From Catajapyx aquilonaris (lineage: Eukaryota), in NCBI GenBank assembly GCA_000934665.2, contig KZ538821.1:1-46068 (forward strand): a DNA stretch of 46,068 nucleotides. The letters run 5' to 3'. The translations under genes and the position numbers were made by a program. This document shows, one piece after another, positions 1 to 9,899 of this stretch. The notes beneath the pieces are model-generated. The model saw nothing but the letters and a program-made list of their open reading frames with translations. It was not told where the DNA came from and did no database searches. How positions within the stretch are numbered: position 1 is the stretch's first letter; each line of letters starts with the position of its first letter.

Positions 1-240
1 CGTGGGCGCGCGCGTTACCGCGGCGCCACTCCGTCTCCCCGAATGTCCCGTATACTTGACATAAGCCGAATCCTGGTTTTGATCTAGTCTGTGTGGCCGT
101 CTCGTGCATGATACATGAACTTGGAGTATCCCAAACTGTTCGTCATGTCTTTTACATAGTTGAGTAGATTTATAGGTCAAAAATTAGGGTTATCACCATT
201 TTGAACCACACCCCTCAATTATTACTTGTTTGTGCAATTA

Positions 241-511
241 ATATGAAGACCTCGGCGGAAAGAACGATTGAGGTTCACCTCAGGTGAAACAGAAATTTCA
301 AATTTCGAAGGCCCATATAGTTCCATTGTAAATCCCACGGGGCCTTCCATAGTGACCCATGATCATTATTCCACAACCACGACCAAACCATCATATTCTA
401 CACTACCGTAGTGAAAGTATCTCCTGAGATATGTAGTTATTTTTGATAAAAAGTGGACCTTGATCGTTTCCCCCCCCCCACCCCCNCCCCCCACCCCCGA
501 GGTCTTCATAT
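241..511. mobile_element. Non-autonomous DNA transposon (MITE) with 15-bp perfect terminal inverted repeats
   Basis: ATATGAAGACCTCGG (241-255) is the exact reverse complement of CCGAGGTCTTCATAT (497-511). A second, subterminal inverted match is AACGATTGAGGTTCAC (~263-278) vs GTGGACCTTGATCGTT (~452-467). The outer ATAT could be a 4-bp target duplication. No ORF inside. Confidence 0.65.
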
Positions 512-803
512 GGCGCATGATTATGGGTAATTAGTTTATTCCTTCAAGTAACAGCTCTGAATGATATTTCTCGAGTTATTCTATGTAACATTAATTGAAC
601 ATTTTACACTTACACTGTATTTCCTGGCATTGTAAATATTTGTTTTGCCCATTCCCAATACCGGTAGCTACCTGATTCTACATCTACTTAATCCTGTACA
701 TTATCTGTATATGAGTCCCATTTTATGTACAGCATATTACGACATGGATCAGTTATTGTGGTAGTTAATTCATTAAACTGTCCCTCTTTCCAACATGCTG
801 CAG

Positions 804-1839
804 ATTACTTGGAGAGGAGGAAAAAACAAATCAGGGAAGAGGAGGACGACAGGTTTTTCTCATACATTCAGTTTATTGACAAGAGAGATTGCGTGGAGTT
901 TATCAGGTCTGCAAAACTTTCAGGATATTCTAGATTATTTTTGTACTGAAATGGCTAAAATAATCCCGCAGTAGGTCATGATCTTGCAAGAGTATAAGAT
1001 GTGTGTAAGTAGCTCTTTTGGAGCCACAAATCAGTCGTAGCCACAATCCTAACAGACTCAATCACATGTAACTGTTCAAAAAATTTAATTAATCTATGCA
1101 GCAATTGCAGCTCATGCTTGGATTTCAAGATTACAAAATTACACCTTCCTCCAACTCATCACAAATTTTAATTTCCAGGAACGTGCACGTCACCCTTTTT
1201 GCGCAACTCCTCATAACCATCGGCCTGGTAGCAATTTTTGTGTGGGTGGATGTGGTCAAGACATGGGTCCAGCACACTTGGACGTCCTCACCAATCTACA
1301 TCTCGTGTGCTACGGTGATCATATCCCTAGGCATCCTCATCCCTCTGGTTTGCTTTCCCGACCAGAGAATGGACGCCCCTTACAGCTACATTGCCCTTGG
1401 GATCTTCACCCTATGGGAAGCATGGGTCGTTGGCAACCTAAGTGCAACAGTCTTGCCAGAAGCTGCCCTCGCATTCCTCGGACTATGTGCTTTGACCTGC
1501 CTTATGGTAATCCTGTCCACTTTGCAGACCAAGTGGGACATCTCAGGCGTGGGAGGACTCCGTTTCCTCATTTTTGTTACCCTTCCCATGCTAGTCGTAG
1601 GTTCTCGGCTTATTCCGAGCAGATCGTCAACCGTTTCCCTTTCCCTTGTGGCAATGGTGATTTTGTGCCTCACAGCGGCCCACAGCATACAGTGCATGAT
1701 ACGTGGACTACACCAGCATGAGGTTATGCCACAAGATTATGTGTTTGCTGCGTTGACCATGTACTTGGACATGCTTGTAATATTTAGGCTCGGTCTGGCA
1801 CTTGTAAACTGTTGCAAGAGATGTTGTGATCGCTCATAA
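804..1839 (+). CDS. Divergent Lifeguard/TMBIM (Bax inhibitor-1 superfamily) multi-pass membrane protein; 5' end not identified
   Basis: Exon 804-906 (after ...gctgcag, donor GT at 907) joins exon 1179-1839 (after ...atttccag) in phase 2. The join gives FIDKRDCVEFIR|NVHVTLFAQL, matching the Lifeguard F-x-DKxxRxxFIRKVYxxLxxQL signature. About 7 hydrophobic segments follow, plus LQTKWDIS (family FQTKxDFT) and C-terminal PQDYVFAALTMYLDM (family PEEYIFAALxLYLDI). Stop TAA at 1837-1839. The start-codon exon was not found. Confidence 0.85.
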
Positions 1840-2083
1840 AGTGTGGCCTCACTGTTATTATAAATGTTTGTGATGCATATGCAATAATGAGTGGATTTAT
1901 TTATTTTGATCAAAATTAGCGACTGGCAGGTAAACAAAAAGTGACTGTACTGTTCAAGGAAAGGCCTCAGTACAGTACATGACGTACTTACTAATAGGGG
2001 GGCTAATATAGGAGATATGAAATGTTCCAAAAAATTTCATGCGCCATGTTGGGTCGCGTTTGAAAATCATCACTGGGCTCATT

Positions 2084-2141
2084 CAGTGACGTCACTGTGT
2101 GGAACTAGTGAACGCACCCGACTTCAACTTAAAGATGGCGG
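2084..2141 (+). promoter_or_regulatory. UVSSA proximal promoter motifs: CRE palindrome and YY1-like site
   Basis: 14-bp palindrome CAGTGACGTCACTG (2084-2097) contains a full CRE, TGACGTCA, about 40 bp upstream of the ATG. AAGATGGCGG (2132-2141) is a YY1/Pho consensus and overlaps the start codon. Confidence 0.5.
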
Positions 2142-4050
2142 AGAAGACGAGGAGGAAGTGGCGAGATGAGCCGGAGAAAGAGGCTGGGGACGACCTGTCC
2201 AGACTGGTGCATGGTCTGTGCACCTCAGGGTTGAAGGTCCTGGACCAGGGGAAGGCCAAGGAATTCAAGAGGGCCTGCAGGTGAGGCATAGCAGTGTTGC
2301 ATCTGAATGTGTAACTTAACGATGTGTATTTTGCAGATTGGCTGGTGACAGCTCAGCAGATAGGGTCTTTGACTTGCTGCTGTGCCATCTGTGTTGCCGA
2401 CACTCGGAAGCTCGTCTGTCTGCCTTCCAGTTGTGCGACCTTCTGTTTCCTCGCTGGGAGGCCTTTCGTAGTACTGTTTGCACAAACCTGCCCCGTGTCC
2501 TGCAGTTGACCACTGCTTTGCCTTCTGCATCATGCCCGCCGCTACCACCACCACACGCTACTGCTAAAGAGCTGCGTTCCCTGGCTGCCAGAACTGTCCG
2601 CCAGTGGGACAGGGAATATGGGAGCGAGCACAAGGAGCTTGGACTTGCTACACATTTTCTATCTGCCGCCAATCTCCATGAGAATGAAGAGGAAGTCAGC
2701 ACTGAGAGGACACAAAGTGGACGGTATTGGGAAGAACGAGCCAGGGAGGTGGTTGCGCAAATGTCTGAATCAGAACAGGACGTGATGGAACTATTGGCTG
2801 AAGCCCAGAGTTGTTTTGCTATTTTGTTGCCTCCGCCGGAAGAGTTCAGCATGCCAGAGGTGGATGAGGGCGGTGGATCTCAGAGTGAGAGCAAGGTTGA
2901 TTTGAGAGCGCATGGCGTGATAGGGCCGGTGGGGGTCACGGTGGACTTGGGTGGCAAGTTGCCTCGGGGAGGTGATGAGGCAGTGCTGGAGGCACTTCGA
3001 GGCGTTCGGTTGCGTATGGTGAAGCGATTCCTTCCCAGTGTGCGTGGCTGGGAGAGGGTTCTCAGCAGGGCTGGAGAACAGCAGGATGCACTGCGCAAAG
3101 CAGTTGACATGAAGCAAAAGATTCAGGCCGTGCTTGTTAAGATGTCTGAGTTAGATCCTGGTGATGAGTGCAGCAGCAGTGATCATTCGGATCTGGAAGA
3201 GGTGCCTGCAAAACCCACGTCACAACTACCAGCATCTAAATCTGGCAGAGAGTGGACACTGCTGCTGGGTGATGCAGAAGATCCAACCACTATGCTTCCC
3301 ACCCTCCTGTCCCTACTCAAGAAAAGTGATAATTTGGACAAACCCTCTGCGCCGGTGCCCAGTACCTCCAGCGATTCATCTCGCAAGCAGCGCCTGTTGT
3401 CACAAGCGCCACGAATCCCTTTTGATGTTGATCTTATGCATTGGGGGCAGAAAGTGGAACCAACTGAACCTCCTCCCTTGAAGGATCCAGAAATTGGACA
3501 TCGTTTCTGGCGGGGTTGCTCTGAGCCTGACAACCCACCCATGGTAGACACTGAAGCAACCCGAGTAGTTGAGTTTTCTGGTCAGTTTGAACCAGTAAAA
3601 TGGAGCTGCCGTGCTCCTCTTCCAAGTGGCCGACTATGCCCAAGGAGGGACCGCTTGCAGTGCCCATTCCATGGCTCCGTCATCCCTCGAGATGAAATGG
3701 GGAGACCCGTGAGAGACGAGGATATCCGCAAAGAGGAACAACGGAGGGCTGGATTTCTTCCTGGTCAGCCTGAATACAAAGGGCCAGTGCAAGACGCAGC
3801 CCTCCTGAAGGATATCATGGCCACTACTGGCCTCGATTTAAAAGTGGGGAAAAAGCGAAAGGGGAAGCCGAAAAAGGATGGGCTGACCCCATTGACCCGT
3901 CCCCCAGAGACCAGCAGAAGTCGTCTGATGAGGAAAATCGGCCGCAAGTCAGCAGTGAAGAAAGTGCATGACACTCTTGATCGGTTGGACCACAAACGAC
4001 ACCGGGACAAGTTTGGAGATCAGTTCAACTATATGCATGGTACAGCATGA
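2135..4050 (+). CDS. UVSSA: UV-stimulated scaffold protein A (transcription-coupled nucleotide excision repair), 619 aa
   Basis: Exons 2135-2280 and 2337-4050, with a 56-nt GT-AG intron in phase 2. N-terminal VHS-like region LSRLVHGLCTSG...KEFKRACR...HSEARLSAFQL...PPLPPP...VRQWDREYG. Central DLRAHG motif. C-terminal DUF2043/zinc finger HRFW...FEPVKWSCRAPLPSGRLCPRRDRLQCPFHGSVIPRD and terminal KFGDQFNY. Confidence 0.96.
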
Positions 4051-4263
4051 ATGTTGGGGGGGGGTCTAGTCTTGTAACATTGGTGCTACTGTGGTGACAA
4101 TCAAGAGCTGCCCAAACTATCTATCCATGGGGAAGATCAAGATTCTCCATAATTTGTTCAGTGTTTCCATTTTTTTAGAGTCACAGTTCATATAGGAGAC
4201 TTTTGTAGAGATAAAAGCACTGTAAATCTATAATTATCCTGCTTGTTTGTTATGAAATGATTG

Positions 4264-4273
4264 AATAAATAAA
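4264..4273 (+). terminator. Polyadenylation signal of UVSSA (two overlapping AATAAA)
   Basis: AATAAATAAA about 215 nt downstream of the UVSSA stop codon. Confidence 0.55.
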
Positions 4274-4795
4274 TAATTTCAAGTGCCTGAGTGAATCACT
4301 ATTACACCATGTATGTAGCTACGCTTCCTACATAACCTGTATACACCTGAATGTTCAAATGCTGTTAGCACATGAATTTCACTTCATAAATCATAGATCC
4401 TCTTCATCCAGACACTCTGTACGTATAGCCGTACTGGACAGGATGTGTGCGAACAATCCGCTTCATTACCTGTCAGTAGTCAATGGCATTGTTTCATCAG
4501 CAGTCCTATTGTAGGGAAATGCTTCTGCGTCTCCTTTCAGTTGTCTAATTGTATCCTCATCCTGGTATGAATATTCATGTGCCAAATTCGAACATTGCGC
4601 CACCTTGGCCCACTCCCGCCACCTGCTGGAAAATTGCATGTTGCCTGAGGCGCCATCTGGCTCCATCACCTGACGTGTCGACCCGGCTGCTGGCTGGCTG
4701 GCTCCTCCTGCTCCTGGTCCTCCTCTTCTTTGGCTCCATCCAGAAGAAGAGTCCAGAAGGCTGTCGATGGGACAGACGCTGCGAGTGGCTGGACC

Positions 4796-7700
4796 ATGCA
4801 GCTGATACCAGTTGGTGTGGGCCCCCACCGGGACAGCATATGGTTGCCCTCCCCGGCCTCGCTGTCCCCGTCCCTCTTCCTCCTGCTGCTCTTCCTCCTT
4901 GGACCCACCACCACCACACCGCAGAGGCACCACCACCACCCCTGCGTGCTGATGGTCTCCTTCGATGGGTTCCGCACTGACTACCTGGACTGGTGGCCCA
5001 CCCCCAACCTGGCCAGGCTCAGGGCGGAAGGGGCCACTGCGCACCACCTCAACAACGTCTTCCTCACCAAGACATTCGGGAACCACTACTCCTTGGCCAC
5101 TGGGGTCTACCAGGAGACGCACGGGGTCGTAGGAAACACCTTCTACGACCCAGTACTCAACCAGACGCTGGGGGTCGACAACGGGACGCTCTTCTGGGAC
5201 TACAACCCAGGGGTCCATCCCATATGGGTCTGTATTGTTGCCATGTCATTACTGCCATTACTACATTACTGAATTACTGCATTGTTAGCAAGAGGAGCGC
5301 TACGTGAAGTAGCCTGAGGAATTTCATTGCCATCTGCATATGCACTGAGCAGCGAATTTTTTGTGTATATGACAATGTTGAGTCATCTGCATATCTGAAA
5401 TGTTTCTCTGGTTGTAATTTTGTGCATCAGCAAAATTTTGACATAGTCAGCTACAAGATATGAGTGAGCATTGCCATGCACAATTCTTTCTATGCAGAGC
5501 ATGCTGTTGACACCACACTAATACCTAGTTTGTTAAAAATTTATGCACATCGTGTTGACCACATGTCATCAGGGGAGAATTGATTATTACTGGGGAGATA
5601 CTTGAGTTTCTATGAAAATATTAGGTTGTCATGCAGTACTGCCGCTGATTTTTTCCCAAGGGTCTCATGCTTTTGTACATGTGCGTCAGAGTCTCTTGCA
5701 TAAATGATTGGAGTCGTAAAAGAATCAGACGATATGATTTACATTGCACCACCCGCAGCCCTTTAACACTTCTTGCCTCTGTACATACAGCCTTAGTGAT
5801 ATGTATACATGACAGCTTCCTTCTAATTCTAGTTACTAAATCAGCGTCAGGGTCAAAACCGCTTCAGTGGAGGCATGATGTGGCCTGGGTCAGCTGCTAA
5901 AATTCAGAATGAACTTCCGCATTATGTCCAGGCCTATAACAGATCCATGCCATGGAAAGACAGGGTGGACATGGCTCTGGGATGGATGACAGACCCAACT
6001 CATCCAGCCAACCTGGTCCTCCTCTATATTGAGGAGCCAGACAGATCTGGACATGGTTTTGGGCCCAACTCCACCCAGGTCCGGGATGCTGTCTACATGG
6101 TGGACAACATCACTGGGTACATGGTGGGGCGCATGGAAGAACTGGGAATATTCCACGACGTGAACCTCATCTTTCTCAGTGACCATGGCATGCAGGAACT
6201 GAGGCAAGAGAGGATAATCAATGTGTCCAGCATCTTGGACAAAGTTAAACATCGCGTTTTTGGAGCCTCGCCAATTATGCATATCCTTCCTGATGCCGGT
6301 CAGTCGCCTTTTTGTAAATTTACTTTCAGAGATATTACATCGAGTTTTATTGCACCATTGTATAGTCATTTAAATTAACCATGATTATATGACACATATG
6401 GCTGGGCAGTTATAATAGGTGTCAAAAAAGTATTGAGCAATTTTGTATTATTCTGCATGATTTAACTGGAATGCACTCTGTACTTACTCATTTGAAATAG
6501 CTAATATAAACAAACTATGCTTCATTTCAGAGGAAGATACCGAAAAACTTTATGCAGCATTGTCCGATTTTGCAAAAGTGAAGAACTTCACAGCCTACAG
6601 GAAGGAGGAGATGCCTTATCGCTGGCATTACAACAACTCCCGCCGAGTCATGCCTATCGTCCTAGTGGCTGATGAAGGGTATGGATTCCAGGACCTGTAC
6701 GATCAAATCGACTACTACAATAAAAACTTCAATCTTAAACGTAAGTACTGGTTGCTATGCAGGTAAGAGCTTTTCTAGGGGGAAACTTTCATTTTTTTCA
6801 GTGCTCTTAACGTATATTAAAATGTGATGTGGTGATACTGATGTATCACAAATTACAAAACAAATATGTGGGTTTTTAAATTTGTTTGAGTAAAAGTCTG
6901 TAATTTTAAATGTGAAGCACAAGTGACATATTACGCATTTAGTGAGACTATGTGTTTTAAAAATACAGTGTCAGTAATAGCTTTCACATTCTGTGTTTAA
7001 AATACCAGCCTTTGCCTACAGCATCTCCTGACAGAGTGTATGGAATCCATGGCTATGACAATGCCTTGCATTCCATGAATCCATTCTTCATTGCCCATGG
7101 ACCTGCCTTTAAGAAGAACCATCAAATCCAGCCCTTCAGCAGCCTTGACATTTACCCACTCATATGCAAAATATTGGATCTGATACCAGCCGCCAACAAT
7201 GGCTCCCTCGCGGAGGTGGAGGACATGCTCGTCCACAATTCTTCCCATATGAAGGCAGAGTGGATAATAGGTGAGGAGCACACTGCGTCTTGTGACAGAC
7301 TGACAGAATCTGCCTCTCTACTGCTTCTGATGATTTCTCTCCAGCTGGCTCAGTGCTGCTGGCTCTGTTAGTCCTGTTAACTCTGGCCATTGTTTGGGTC
7401 AAGGCCCTAGTCAGGAGGAAGCAAGCCCATTCACACACTGAACTTGGCTACAGGTATCAGGCTTTCTGAAAATATTTTTGCTGTTGTCGGCACAGGTTCG
7501 TCATTGTTTTTATGCCCTTCTTTTGCTTTGGCTTGAGGTATTATTTATTTATTTTGTCTTTTCTGACATTCTGTCATGTGGTGATGGTGTTTGCTGTACT
7601 GGTCAGTTGCTTCACGATGATGTAAAATTACCTTGTTTGTACTTGTCATAATCTGTTGTGCATGATCATACTGACAAGTAATTATGCACCGACTGATAAT

Positions 7701-8294
7701 AAATTATTTGTTTGCTGTTATAAGAACCAGGCTTTCTTTTATTTCTGCCATTTATTTGGAGTAGTTGTGATTAGTGGTGGACATTTTAATATAATTATGT
7801 TTCTTACACGAAGACTTCATTTCTACTGGCCTTTGTGGCGAGAGTTCTACTGCAATGATTACATAACAGGAAAAGTAACCTTGCTGATTCTTTCATGGTG
7901 CAGTATGGCTCATTAATAACAAGTGTTAGTTGCAACTGGCTGATTAAATATTTATGACCATACCAGGCTGTTCGATCTATGAAGACTTAGTCAGTTTAAT
8001 GCAGCATTTGGAACAAACATGTAACTTGCTATTCATTTCAGTTCCGCCATATTGCTATCCATTGCTATTTTATTGCTTATGCGTTCTGTAATGGATGAAA
8101 GTTGACAGCACCTTTCTTTTGAGCTTCTAGTTCTGTGCTTGCATTGTGTGATGTTCATGCCTTCACCACGAGTGGTTTGTTTCTCACACTTCTTTAGGCA
8201 GTTGAATAGGCGCAATGATGAGTGTGGGGATGGAAACAAAAATGAAGAGGAAGAGCAGCATCTGCTGGTGTCTGCAGCTACTGAAGATGTGTAG
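4796..8294 (+). CDS. ENPP5: Ectonucleotide pyrophosphatase/phosphodiesterase, ENPP4/ENPP5-like type I membrane protein, 520 aa
   Basis: Exons 4796-5227, 5833-6298, 6531-6740, 7022-7270, 7345-7453 and 8198-8294 all join in frame at GT-AG sites (1563 nt). Features: signal peptide (LFLLLLFLLG); alkaline-phosphatase-superfamily motifs VSFDGFR, TKTFGNHYSLATG (nucleophile Thr), PIW...MWPGS, EEPDRSGH, SDHG and HGYDN; a C-terminal TM helix; and a cytosolic tail with YRQL and acidic dileucine EEQHLL. ENPP4 vs ENPP5 orthology cannot be settled by eye. Confidence 0.92.
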
Positions 8295-9564
8295 TTTCAT
8301 ACAAAATTACAAATTTGGGAAGGAATGTTGAATTTGAGAAGACTGAAGTCTAACAGTTCTTAGTCTGTTGTGCACCAACAGTGAAGGAAATCTCTTCACT
8401 CTCATCTTACATCATGTGAGGTAATTGGGAACATTTTTTACACCGAAGTATTGTTTCTGTCTCAAGGAATGTTTCAATTAAGTACAGGTTTCCTTCACTT
8501 GTGGCTGCTTACATTGTACTATCTTCACATGGAGTTTGATTAAGTGCTGATTTAATATTGGTGAAGTGATTGCGAAGTTAAGCATACGAGGACCCACCAC
8601 AACTTGGAAGATGTTGACATGTTATTCAATATCTGAAGCTCTGATCCTAAGATAAAATGATGTTGTGATGTCAAACAGTGACACCATGATTGAGAGACAA
8701 ATTCACATTACATGTAGAAATTAATATGGTAACTTTTTAATTCATGATTTATATTCGAGATCACATAAATTAGGAAAACAAAGTATTGCAACAGTCAAAA
8801 GGCTGCAATACCCGTTTGCTACCTCAATATTTTTACCAGAATCAATTTTATCCTAGTGTGTTTGGGATTTCCTTCAGTTTGACATTAGCCGCATAATTAT
8901 TGCACTTTTGGTGTATCACTGTCTGAAAATGTTCCGTCATTTGACGCCATGTCTACTGGTGGGTTTATAATGTGATCCTAAGATGTAATGCACCCTTGGC
9001 TATGTTTTCCTACGAGATTATGTGTGCTTTACTGTTTCTTTTATGCAAATGGCAGTATTATCTTTCTCCCTCATATTCAGTGTCACTTTTCAAGCAGAGT
9101 ACAACCCTTTACAAATATTATTGGGTGTAGCCTACTGTGCTGTACTACTGTAGTGCTTCTGTAAATTATTATGCCAATTAATGTAATAGAACATGTTTGA
9201 TCATATTTCTACTTGGAACGTTAAGAACTGAAAGTGTTGTTATATGTTTGTCAAAGTGCTTGCCATTCTGCAGCCTGGCAAAGGTATGTTGTTAAAGATC
9301 ATTGATCTCAAAGGGCATGACTGGTCAACATGAGAAAGTGGATGCTGTTAAATTATATTCTTGAAATTGTACATGTGTCTTGGTACTATATTTTAAACAT
9401 TTTGAATGTACCTAATTGTTGTTACGGATTAGTTGGAGTGGAGAAGGTGAGGATCTGTGATATATGTGTCTAGAAAAATATACTGCTCTGATGCGTTACT
9501 AGTCACGCGCAAGTCGCAATGAACAGAATGAAGTTACCTGTCATTATTATATGTGTAGGTGATA

Positions 9565-9899
9565 CGGTGAAACCTGCCTACAGTGGACCCTGACTGTCGT
9601 AGAAACTTGTCTAAGGTGGAGAAACTTTGTGGTTCTGGCAGCACGATAAGATTTCCTATGTACGTATTCTTGTCTGAAATAGCAAAATGTGTTTGCATAC
9701 TGCATTAAAGGGCACTATCTTCATGATTTGTATTAACCAGAGTCGGGATGAGGCCTGGGCAAAAGCAGTGGCTGGCAAAAAGATGGCTGCAAGTTAGATC
9801 ATTTGGCATTTGAAAAGTCTATATAGGTGGCTTGTCGGGAACTTCAGTAAGGACGATTTTTGCAGTATGCAACAAGTCCCCTATATGTGGGTTTCACTG
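9565..9899. mobile_element. Tc1/mariner (pogo/Tigger-like) MITE with TA target-site duplication
   Basis: Left end TA|CGGTGAAACCTGCCTACAGTGGAC; reverse complement of the right end TA|CAGTGAAACCCACATATAGGGGAC. TA flanks at 9563-9564 and 9900-9901. CAGTGAAACC-type termini are typical of pogo-like elements. Confidence 0.6.

Noticed and set aside
725..1178. ORF starts at 725 and 1096 as real N-termini
   Set aside because: Family similarity covers only 804-906 and 1179 onward, each bounded by splice sites. The upstream in-frame parts look intronic.
2225..4010. Several minus-strand and alternate-frame ORFs over UVSSA
   Set aside because: Shadows of a GC-rich coding exon with no recognisable domains.
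4466..5218. 250-aa minus-strand ORF
   Set aside because: Antisense shadow of ENPP exon 1; no motif of its own.
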